A stretch of DNA of 62,168 bases, the filler included, from Basidiobolus ranarum (lineage: Eukaryota): the NCBI GenBank assembly GCA_040143965.1. It is 13 parts of 13 records of this genome, joined end to end, with 100 filler letters (N's around TTAATTAATTAA, not from the genome) between each part and the next. Parts side by side here need not be neighbours in the genome. Positions count along the whole stretch, not along the records: positions 1 to 4,706 come from JASJQH010001856.1; positions 4,807 to 9,511 come from JASJQH010001857.1; positions 9,612 to 14,312 come from JASJQH010001858.1; 10 more parts are not named here. The stretch is one strand, 5' to 3'. Shown one piece after another: positions 1 to 10,683 of the stretch. Under the pieces are notes generated by a model. It made no database searches. It was not told where the DNA came from and saw only the letters and a program-made list of their open reading frames with translations. The stretch's first letter is position 1. Every line of letters starts with the position of its first letter. The translations under genes and the position numbers were made by a program.

Positions 1-1991
1 AAAGATCAGAAGTTAATCAAGTGCAGAGATGTGATTTTTGATGAAAAAGCAAATTTTTCACCTCAAATCACAGTTCTTAATCCAGAAATCAAAATCATCA
101 CTATTTAGGAAGTGTCTGACAAAGGTTCAGCTGTATCTGAGCCGTATTTGACCTGAATTCCAGTCCCAATTACATCACAGGATGATTCAGGACACAGAAG
201 ATCATCCAGAAAGAGATATAAGCCATGATGATGTATATGCTTATGCAACATTTTGTGACAAGCCGCAGACTTTGGCTCAAGCTCTGCAGTGTCCAGAATC
301 AAAATAATGGGAAAAAGCAATGTCTGAAGAGTTTTCCTCACTCAGTATAATAAAACATATGTTTTAAGTCCTCTACCAGCAGAGGAAAAGCCAATAGGTT
401 TCAAATAGCTCAACAAGTCAAAAACCAAGCTGATGAAGCCATAGAAAGATACAAAGCCAGACCAGTTGCAAAAGGTTATTCCCAGATTCCTGGAGTTGAT
501 TAGAATGAAATGTTTGCTCCATTAGCTAATTTTAGCTTCATTAGATCAGTCCTCACACCCTCAGCCATCCATAACCTTGATTTACATCAAATAGCTGTAT
601 AAACAGCCTTTTGAATGGAAATCTACATGAAGAGATCTATATAGAGCAACCTGATGGATATGTTGACCCAAAACATCCTGTGCATGGTACAATAAGATAG
701 ATACCTATTTGGAATCAATGTAATTCCAAAAATACACAGCAGATCACAGCATTTACATCAAAACAACCAGAAACAGGATCCTTAATTTGGCCCTATATGT
801 GGGTGACTTAATCATAGCCACAAATGATCTAGAAGCACATAATCAGACAAAAAGCAGCTTATCAAACCAATTTCAGATGACTGATACGGGTGAATTAAGT
901 TATTTTGTTGGAATCCAAATTAAGAGAGATAAACCCAATCAGAAAATCATGCTGAATTAGTCTAGATAAATCCTAAACATCCTAAAATGCTCCAACATCT
1001 AGAATAACAGGCCTGTATCAACACCAATGGATCCCAATGTGAAGTTAATTAAAATTTGATCCAATTTGGCCCAAAATGACTCAAATCAATGTCAGGAGTT
1101 CCCTTATCAATCCATGGTTGGTAGTTTAATGTATACAATGGTTGGAACATGTCCAGACATTGCAGTGGCAGTGGGAAATGTCAGCAAATATCTCAAAAAT
1201 CTTGGATATGAGTATAAAACTGCAGTAAAACAAATAGTCAGGTATTTGAGAGGAACGGTAGATCCAGTTCTGGAATACTCTGCCACTCCTGATGCACAAA
1301 ATTTTGTAGGCTACAGTGATGCAGACTGGGGAAGAAACCTTGATGATAGAAGATCAAAAACTGGGTACACATTACCATATGGTAATGGAGCTATAACTTG
1401 GAATAGTAAGAAGCAACCAGCCATAGCACTCTCCACTACAGAGGCAGAGTATATGGCTGCCCCTGCTACTATACAAGAAGCTATGTGGTTCAGGAAGTTA
1501 TTTATAGACTTAGGATACATGTAAGAATGTGCTATTACTGTGTTTGAAGATAATTAAAGTTGTATTTCATTAGCTAAAAACCCCACATTTCATGCTAGAA
1601 CAAAACACATAGATATTAGGCATCATTTTGTTAGAGAAGCAATAGATAATGATATAATAGAACTTGTCCATTGCCCTACTAAAGAAATGATAGCTGATAT
1701 CTTAACCAAACCTTTAGCCAAAGCACAATTTGAATTATTAAAATATCAGTTAGGTTTAAGAGAAATACAAAATAATTAGTTGAGTGGAAATGTTGAAATT
1801 AGGTAACTAGCAACTCATCATTTAGTAGTTAGTTTATTTTTATTCTGATTATTTAGCAATCAACTCTTTCATTCAAAAATGTGTATTTATTGCTCTAATT
1901 GATGGAAATATCAATTACATCACTTTTACCAATTTTCACTATTTTCTCAAAACTTCTCCAAATCACCTCAAATTTTCACCCATGCTTAACA
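1..1991 (+). mobile_element. Decayed Ty1/copia retrotransposon, 3' part (RT, RNase H, PPT, 3' LTR)
   Basis: Fragments read YKARPVAKGYSQIPGVD, YQSMVGSLMYTMVGTCPDIAVAV, GYSDADWGRNLDDRRSKTGY, ALSTTEAEYMAA and HARTKHIDIRHHFVRE, with many stops and frameshifts. A purine tract (tgagtggaaa) precedes TGTTG at 1791. Confidence 0.95.
1791..1991 (+). repeat. 3' LTR of the copia element (about 200 bp, TGTT...AACA)
   Basis: Starts TGTTGAAATT directly after the PPT and ends CTTAACA. Its ends loosely resemble LTR family A. Confidence 0.65.
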
Positions 1992-2018
1992 AGTATGTTT
2001 GTTATGATCTAAGCTTGA

Positions 2019-2090
2019 CCAATAGTTCTATTTCATAGTAAACTATAAATAGGGCATATTCAATTCAATAAAACCTAAGTGTCTAATTCA
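2019..2090 (+). repeat. 72-bp hairpin-containing module, copy 1
   Basis: 68/72 identical to 43649-43720 by eye; contains TATAAAT and AATAAA and ends in CA. Confidence 0.85.
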
Positions 2091-2582
2091 TGCTGAAATT
2101 GCTAAAATTTATCTAATTGAATTTAACTTTGATACTGGAGCAAAAGTTTCTATATAATCAATTCCTGATGTTTGGCCTTTGGCTTCTATTCTAACCTGGT
2201 ATTTTCCTATATTGTCATCAGAGTTGTATTTATCTTTAAATACCCATTGGCAGCCGATTGATTTTCTAGCATCAGGCAAGTTGATAAAATTCCAAGTTTA
2301 ATTATCAATCAAAGACTGTTACTCATCAGCCATTGCAGATAGCCAAGAATTTTTGTGAAGGCCATTCAGAGCCTCTTTTACTATCTGGGGTCAATGTATT
2401 TGAGCTGTGCAGGCATAGGTCTAATTTTGGGACTTATTGTTATAATAATCAGGGCTTTGGCTGATCTAATTTGATCTCCTGGTTGGGAAGCAAGGTACTA
2501 CTACTTCTGGCACTGTATTGGGCACTTCAGTAGCCAAATTTTGGTTGAAGGGTCCACAGGAATGCTATTCTTCTCATTGTTT
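2091..2582 (-). mobile_element. Copia pol fragment (INT-RT linker and RT start), truncated at both ends
   Basis: Minus strand reads KEALNG..SWLSAMADE, RKSIGCQWVFK and GIDYIETFAPV. Similar to 45320-45810. Confidence 0.85.
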
Positions 2583-2934
2583 TGTTGGCTTTAGAAAAGT
2601 GGAGTTGTGAAAAGCTTTATGAGATAATTGTTTATTGTCCAGATATGAAGTATTTATACATTTTGGTGGAAATATAGAAAGCTAACGCTAGGGTAGTGTT
2701 CAAAAAATCTGTGAGAGTAAAATGAGCTATCTTTGGGGCAATTTGGATAGGTTTGAAAATTTCAACATGGAATTGCTGATTCTCACATTATTGACATATA
2801 TTTATGATATATGTTCCAATTTGTAATTAATTGATATTTTACTAAGTAGTCTTCACAAACTTATATGTGATACATGAAATAGCTTGGTATATAAGGATAG
2901 ATACCAAGTATGGGCAAGACAATGAACTTCAACA
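2583..2934 (-). repeat. LTR family B, 3' LTR (352 bp)
   Basis: TGTT...AACA termini, adjacent PPT, and homologous in inverted orientation to 4362-4706. Confidence 0.85.
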
Positions 2935-4361
2935 CTCCCACTCAACTAAATATTCATATATCTTAATCCTAACATAAATCTTAATTCTTCAAATGTTGGC
3001 TTGGGTAATAATTTGGTAAGGAAGTCAGAAATCATGTCCTTTGTTGGACAGTAGTGTAATTGAATGTGCTTGTTCTCAATAGCTTCACCAACAAAGTGAT
3101 GTTCAATGTCAATGTGCTTACTTCTAGCATGAAATTTGTGATTTTAGCTAAAGAAATACAACTTTGATTATCTTTGAAAATTATGGTAGGTGAACTTTGA
3201 AAAATGCACAAGTCTTGGAACAGTTTCCTTAACCACATAGCCTCCTTTGTTGTATGTGATGCTGCCATGTACTCCGCTTCAGTTGTTGAAAGAGCCAGAG
3301 TAGGTTGTTTCTTGCTATTCCAAGATATGGCTGCTTCACTATAGAGAAAGGTGTATCCAGTGATAGATCTTGTGTCCTCGATAACACATCCCTAATCTGC
3401 ATCATTAAGCCCAATTACATCCTTATTCTCATCAGAATATGTGTATCTTAATCCCATATCAATTGTCCCCTTCAAATATCCAAGAATCTGCTTGACTTCT
3501 GATTAATGCTCTGATCCTGGGTTTTGCATATGTTGGCTAACTACTCCCACTGCAAAAGAGATATCTGGCTGGGTTCCAGTCATAGCATAGATCAAACTAC
3601 ATGCCATAGATTGATAAGGGAATTAAGGACTTTAAAATGACATATTTAGCCATATTTGGCCAATTTTTGTCATTTTTGATGGCATTTTTGACTAGTTATA
3701 TGCCTGGATCCATGGGAGTTGCTACCAGTTTTTAATTCTGCATCCTGTATTCTCTGAGAATGTCTGAGATGTATATAGACTGACTCAAAGTAATCGATTT
3801 GCTCAATATATCTGTATGGATCTGCAAGTCTAAAAAATATATAAGTTCACTTGAAGCTGTCATCTTGAATTAGAGGGATATATCTCTTTTGGTGTTCCTG
3901 AGGGCTTATCATTATTGGTGGCTATAATCAGACCATTTACATATAAGGCAACTATCACCTTACTGTCCTCATCTGTCTTATAGTAATCCCAAAATCTTCC
4001 ATACTCATTTGGAATTCAAGTGATTCCAAGTCAGTGTCTATCTTAGTGTACCAGGCCCTAGGTGATTGTTTAAGTACAAGAAGAGATTTTTGTAGCTTAC
4101 ACATGTCCTTGGGGTCCTCAGGGTCCACAAAACCATCTGGTTGATCCATGAATGTATCCTCATTGAAGTCCCCATTCAAAAAAGCAGTTTCAACATCCAT
4201 TTGATGGATTTTTAAGGTGTGTTTTGCTGCACTGCTAGTATAATTCTGATGGAATTAAACATTGCTACAGGAGCAAATGTTTCATTGTAGTCCACTTGTT
4301 CCATTTGAGAGTATCTTTTAGCCACAAGACTGGCTTTATATCTTTCCCAATATCCATCAGC
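2583..4361 (-). mobile_element. Decayed copia element (RT, RNase H, PPT, 3' LTR) inserted into another copia
   Basis: Reads MDVETAFLNG..DQPDGFVDP..LKQSPRAWY, ALSTTEAEYMAA and KEAMWLRKL. PPT GAGTGGGAG (2935-2943, minus strand) abuts the LTR. Confidence 0.93.
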
Positions 4362-4706
4362 TGTCAAAGTTTATTGTCTTTATTATATTTGTTATCTCTC
4401 TCTTAATAAACCCACTATTTCCTATATCATATATAAGTTAACATTACTTAGTCAAATATCACTTAACTGCAAATTGGAACATATAATATGTATATATGTG
4501 AATAATGTGTGAATTAACAATTCCATATTGAAAATTTCAAACTTGTCCAAATGGGCCCAAAAGTAGCTCACTTTACTCCCACAGATCCTCTGAATACAAC
4601 CCCAGTGTTAGTTTTCTGTATTTCCACCAAAAAGTATAAATGCTTTATTTCTGGACAATAAACAATTATCTCACAAAGCTATTCACAACTCCACTTTTCT
4701 AAAGTT
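4362..4706 (+). repeat. LTR family B copy inserted in opposite orientation into copia RT, cut by the contig end
   Basis: Begins TGTCAAAGTTTATTGTC exactly where RT homology (ADGYWERYKA) stops; aligns with the reverse complement of 2583-2934. Confidence 0.85.
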
Positions 4707-4806
4707 NNNNNNNNNNNNNNNNNNNNNNNNNNNNNNNNNNNNNNNNNNNNTTAATTAATTAANNNNNNNNNNNNNNNNNNNNNNNNNNNNNNNNNNNNNN
4801 NNNNNN
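4707..4806. other. Artificial contig spacer
   Basis: N44-TTAATTAATTAA-N44. Confidence 0.99.
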
Positions 4807-5043
4807 TGAAAGTTGACATTTATAGTTCTGTCAAGAAGTAAGCAAATAAACAAATAGAATGTTTTAAGGAAGGTCTCAGGAGCATGTGTGCAAAGCATAG
4901 GGCCTCTTGCACAAGTTTGAAAAGTCTATATATCTGAGAACCAAGTAAATTCCTCTGAAGGTGATACCTTAGCTTAATATGGAATAACTAAATACTAAGC
5001 TATATATGACTATACAAGTGTTTAGGCTATGCTAATTTCAACA
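4807..5043 (-). repeat. LTR family A, partial (cut by contig start)
   Basis: Aligns with 50175-50522; plus strand ends AATTTCAACA. Confidence 0.85.
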
Positions 5044-7229
5044 CAGAATTTTCAAATATAGGTCAGTGCACAATTTTATCAAATTGGAAGTATTCAAGAA
5101 GAGCTTTGTACTTGTTATTTTGACAAAGAACATATTGATATCTGTATTGTGAAAAGAAGTAAATACCATGAGAGAAGTATTGCTAAGGCACACAAGAATT
5201 GACAAAAGGATTTGAGGAGCTTTGTGTGAGATTACCAGCTTTACCTATTTTTAGATATCTAGAAAATACATTTCAATTTTAACAAACAAGATATTCAACA
5301 TGAAAGTTTATATATCTGTACCAGATACTACAGCTTATTTGAGCTTAAATATATCGAGACTTCGAATATGGAATATAGGCTCTGATAAAGTATATCCAAT
5401 ACTCAAATAATGCATACTGAATCTTTTTGTAATTCATGTTCTAATAATATTATTAGTCTCCTGTAAGAGCGATGCTTACTTCTTGGTTAAGATTCTATGA
5501 ATTATTGACAGAGTTCATTAAGTTTCAGCAGGCTTGACATCATTGTTATTTTAATAGATAACTGTCCATCCCTCTTCTTTGCCATATGTAAAGCGCGCTA
5601 ATTTATTCCATGGTATAGTTTAAAATGCATTCTGATATAGGTTGTTGAGCTTAGTTTCTATCCAGAAACGATATTGCAGGAATGTGAAGCATGAGCAGGT
5701 AAGGATATACCATAGCGCAAATGAATGCTTGGCAGCATCTTGCTTGAATTTCAACAAGTTATCTAACCAATATGCATCACTATTGTTAGCCGTCAACATG
5801 GTGTTTTGTCGCACGACGGAGCAGGATAAGAACCTGTCGACAAGTCATCAGCACCACTATCTGTCCAGCTATTTAACTATCATGGTTACCATTCAATCAT
5901 GATGGTATTTCAAGAAACAATTCGTAATACGGTTCTCTAATGGGAAGTGCTATGCTCGTTTGGTAGTGTAACATAAAGATAGGTCTGTGCAGGGGAGTGG
6001 GGTCGCTTTACCTCGTAAAGTATCATAATATTCATACTAGCAGTCAAAAATAGAGATCAAAAGCATGGAACAAGTATTAAAAATTGAAAATAGAAGCCAG
6101 CACGCGATATTCAATTGTATATTACAAAAAACCTGCTGTTATTGAGTGAGAGAGACAAGTACATGCTCATCAGGGAAAAAAATGCTGTATGTCAGATACC
6201 CCTATATTTGTCCACTACGAAATACTCAGTACAACACTATGGTGGTAGATGGTGACTGAAAATATAATACACCACTAGCTTAAACTGATTTCCTAACGAG
6301 ACTAGATATAACTCTAGATAGGTGCCCATTAAAGTTGGACTATCATTAAATGCTAGCTATACACGTAATAACAGGATATTTATTCTTTCAAAATTAAAGC
6401 ACATCTCGTATGTGTATAACCTCCTTATTCTAAAACCACTAAATTCAGAGGACTACACATTGCGTATTTACAGCAGTATGTAAAATGCTCATGATTTAGG
6501 AAGGATCGTCAATGAGTTGCTCAACTGTACATTGTAGAGAATTCGTAAAATAGTTCAGTCCACGATGGAGTTTATGACTTCATACTTACAAGTGGAGGTA
6601 CTCCATTTACGATCATGTAATGCTCGATGGGGTCAAATACAAGGTTTACTAGGAGTCGAACATACATATTTTGGGAGTGGACTTGATCAACGATGCTTAC
6701 TAATGATAGTAGTCTGTTGGAAGCCACGAATCATTGAGCAGCCACTACACTCACAATCTGCCACCCAATTGGCGTTGATGGTATTGTTATACCTTGGTTT
6801 ACATATGTACTTTGGATGTTTCTTACAAGCGGCTAAGCTATTTGGTAGTGACAGACTTGCTCACCTAATGTCCATACATAGGGGCTAGATGATCCTTCAC
6901 TTAGTAAAGCATATCCAAGTTTGCCAAGACTTCAAAGCGTCCCACGATATATCGATGAAATCAAAAGCCTATAAGGACATAGAGTATATATTACTCGTCT
7001 ACAAAAACTCACAAATTACTAGAGATAAACTTAGTAAGTGTTAGTACTAGCAACGTGTTCGTATCCCCACCGATTCACATGCCTACTCAATCTTGATTAC
7101 AATCTAATGATTCCGATGAAGGAATCTGCTAATCAATCAAGGCTTGCACTCTTGTTTCACAAGCTTCACAAGAGGTTTCGGATTCAGTGCATGTCCATTA
7201 TTCCCTAAAGAAGCCTGTTGATAACTTTA

Positions 7230-7760
7230 CACTATAGACTGAACTGTCTTTATAGCCCGGAAATAATAGAACCCAGAACACAACGGGCAAAACCAAATGC
7301 GACTGTCTGACTTTTGATCCGTAATTCTAGTGGATGCCCCAACAAAAATCAGAAGGGGCAACAATTTTCTGCCAAGACCTTGAATAAAAGTCTTCCTTTG
7401 GCATTTCCCCACAGGGTTAATTGATTAAACAAAACCCCAATAGCATTGTTATGGGGCTTATCGCCATAGTGACTGGTTAGATCCGAAATTAACAGTTTTA
7501 GGGAATGCCAGAGCTGCTCTCAAATGCTTACTAGAAGCCTAGGGTTAGGGCTATACCAACTTCGCTTCACGCTCTGCTATTATTATCTAAGGTGATCAAA
7601 GTTAGTAAAAAGGGAGTTTCTGACGCACCGGCGTAGGTAGTCTGTGTAGCCCCCAATAGCCTATCTATCCCAGGGCGATTGTTCGTTATGGCTGAAAGAA
7701 GGGTTGGGGGCACGGGCTTTACGTAATAATACTGATTGTTCTTTACCAAACGGGGAAGCG
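7230..7760. other. Hairpin-dense non-coding island, organelle-DNA-like or structured RNA
   Basis: GC-stem inverted repeats at 7335-7360, 7370-7403, 7435-7456 and 7649-7711; CCCCAATAGC occurs twice. Confidence 0.35.
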
Positions 7761-8466
7761 AATTGAGTCTCTTCAAGTATAGCGCTTTGATTCAAACACA
7801 TCTAATGATTCAATAGATGAACTATCTTAGGAGGACAGTGACACTATACTGTGCTGCGGCAACGTATTCTTAAGACAGCCCTATTATATTTCCCACCTGA
7901 ATTGCTCGTGGCAGTGCTATAGTAAGCTAATTCATATACTCATCATAGTAGGTATCTGGTAGAGTATACTAGCGTAAGGAGTCTTGGCAATCGACCTCCG
8001 AGATCCTCTTGTCAATCCAGGTTTTATTATTTGTCTAAAGGTAGTAAGCATATTACAGTTCCTTAGAAGTTCATCGGGAGCGATTCAATACAAGGATTAA
8101 TATTTTCTTAACTATTTGGAGTGCATTGCCTCATTCCAGAAAGTCGTCAAATGACAAAACGAAGGCTACACAGGTACCCTATTTAGTTAGAGATTGGTTA
8201 TTGTGTATATGTATTGATGACTAGTCTAAGCAAAAGCTTAAATGATCAAATCTCATTAGCCCATTGATTTTTCTTGGACGTTGATGCGTAGGGCTATCTT
8301 GATGACCAGATAGGCAGGTGCCGAGTGCAGTCCATTTTGATACAATCCCAGCAATGTTGACTTTTTCACAGAGGTGTACCTGAGTCAATTGGAAGCAAAG
8401 AAGATATAAAAGCTGGCTATCGGTACTAAGATTCTCATAACTTACAACCAAGTCCAGATCAAATCA

Positions 8467-8880
8467 ATGGAAGCAAAGAGAAGCCTTTACCTTGTGGCCT
8501 TATTGATCGTGTGCCTCTTAAGTCCATCCATTGTAAACGCTGGAGCATGCGATGACTGTATATTTTCTTTACCTTTTCAAGCCACCCCGGGATGTAAAGA
8601 CTTTAATTACAGCAAAGAATTGAAGCCCTTTAATCCTAGCGATTTGTTCAAGAAATGTACTTGCCAGTTAGCCGACGCACCCAACAATTTTGATTTGTGC
8701 AATCAAACGTGTTCCTCTTATCAAGTAGAGAGTTTGAAATCGCAGATCACAACCGCGGCGGCGTTCTTTAATTGTAACAAGGTCTTGGGAAAGTCATCCG
8801 CGGCTTCGTCAGCCTTAAATACTGAATTAATAACTGGAGTTGTTATCACTGCGACTTTAAGTCACTTCTTATTCCTATGA
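8467..8880 (+). CDS. Small secreted 8-cysteine protein, CFEM-like, probable GPI anchor
   Basis: Hydrophobic signal peptide, Cys spacing Cx2Cx11Cx20CxCx11Cx3Cx20C, Ser/Ala linker and hydrophobic C-terminus; intronless ATG ORF. Confidence 0.85.
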   Translation: MEAKRSLYLVALLIVCLLSPSIVNAGACDDCIFSLPFQATPGCKDFNYSKELKPFNPSDLFKKCTCQLADAPNNFDLCNQTCSSYQVESLKSQITTAAAFFNCNKVLGKSSAASSALNTELITGVVITATLSHFLFL

Positions 8881-9511
8881 TCATCGCTTATATGTCGCTT
8901 TATTGCTTCTAGTTCATTGGAGTACTATCAACTTTGTATGCTATAAGGCTATTTCCTTCTTATATTTTCTAACTCTCACGTAACAAACAATAAAGAATAA
9001 CCTTCAATCAGCATTTGTATACAATATGGTGGATTGAAAAATTTTGTGTAGTGTATTCTCTATTTTGGAAGATATACACTTCGGTAGGAGTAAATGCCTA
9101 CTTTAAGTGAACTCGTGGTAGAGCACATATATACAGCAATTGTAACACTAGTGTTCAGTACAAGACCTTATAATGCTTTCCATGGGGATGGAAGGCATAA
9201 CAGGCCATGCTTAGAGTTTCGGGAGAAAAATCTCCAAGTGGATCAGCTCATTCTCGATATTGTTAGTAATACAATTGATACATTGAGCCATAACCATATT
9301 GCTGCATGGTTATAACCCTAGGAACACAAACTGAAAAGTATAGTACAAAACATAACTAACAGTTCAGGAGCATGCAATCATGTAATGCAACATAGATATA
9401 CTGGACTTTGAGAGTTAGGGTATAGATGTTCTAGTAAGGGTAAAGGAGGGTAAGGATGAAAAGAGGGGGTCTGGGGGATGCAGTCCTCCCAGTATAAAAG
9501 AAAGCAGGGGG

Positions 9512-9611
9512 NNNNNNNNNNNNNNNNNNNNNNNNNNNNNNNNNNNNNNNNNNNNTTAATTAATTAANNNNNNNNNNNNNNNNNNNNNNNNNNNNNNNNN
9601 NNNNNNNNNNN
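9512..9611. other. Artificial contig spacer
   Basis: N44-TTAATTAATTAA-N44. Confidence 0.99.
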
Positions 9612-10189
9612 TGCAAGTTGGGGATATATTGGCTGAATTCTTTATGGAAATTTGCCAAAATCCAAGAGCTTATTCTCATTGTGAATGGTAACAAGAGTCA
9701 GCTATTTGCCAAGTGTCAATTCTATTCAAAATTTCAGATGTTTAGCAATATTTCCATGGTTAGTTTGCTGGTAAAGCATATTGATGTTGATGACTTATGT
9801 CTGATCAGTCAAGTATGTGCATATGTAAAGACTAAACACAACAAGATTCTTGTATTTTTTGATTCTCATTATAGCTGGAATACAAAGCAAAAGTATCTAA
9901 ATAAAGGTATTCATATTAATTCAAATTCCTACAGCAATAAACCCAGTAATTTGCCATTCAAACATTATATTTTTGCAAAAATTGCTGGAAATTAAAAACA
10001 TATGCCAAATATGAGGATCAATATTTTAACATGTATATATACCATCAAAATACTATCAAGAAACTGCCATCACACCATCAAAATCCCTGGTAGAATACAA
10101 GCCACCAATTTTGTGACAGTTCTCTGACGGTTTATCAATTTAGAAGAGTGGATCCAATCCGGATCAAATCAATTTTATTTTTGTTAGAG
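9612..10189 (+). mobile_element. 3' end of a CACTA/CMC (En/Spm-like) DNA transposon, copy 1
   Basis: Homologous to 50757-51336 inverted. Contains the transposase C-terminal ORF, CCATCA/TGACGG subterminal repeats and terminus ...TTTTTGTTAGAG. Confidence 0.75.
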
Positions 10190-10683
10190 AGAAGTGTTGA
10201 GATTCTGTATTTGTTGAGACATGCTGAGAAGTGTTGAGATTCTATATTTGTTGAGACACACACTTTATCAACAGGTTCCATTAGCTTTATTAATACTTTT
10301 TGATTGCAAAGTGAATTAGTTGGTGCCAATATAATAGATGACTAATTCTGATAAATGATAATGTTATGGGATAGATGGATAGATAGATAATAGCTGAAGT
10401 CTTGGCAATGAAAGATCATTGGTTATGAATCTTGGGACTCCTATGACTTGTATCTAAGCAGATGACCTGGAGACTAATACTCATTGGATAGTGATTATAT
10501 GATTGGTCATATGATTCAATAGAAGGGATAAGAGAATGGATAGTTAGTCATGTGATAAGTCATATGATAGAGTTACTGGATAAGGTCAGGTGACCAGTTA
10601 AAAATGATGATAAACCTAACAGCTACTCACACAAGTTTTATATATGGCATAAGTTAAATATCTTTGTATTTTAGTGCACAACA
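10190..10683 (-). repeat. LTR family C, interrupted by the CACTA end
   Basis: Aligns with 38840-39332; minus-strand start TGTTGTGCAC; GATA repeats and decayed E-boxes. Confidence 0.85.

Noticed and set aside
2583..4706. TIR DNA transposon carrying RT
   Set aside because: The inverted repeats are LTRs (TG..CA, adjacent PPT) from a nested insertion.
7440..7470. ATGGGGCTTA as RNase MRP CR-V, and nearby group I intron P7-like words
   Set aside because: No matching CR-I (GAAAGTCCCC-like) or P7 partner at a suitable distance.
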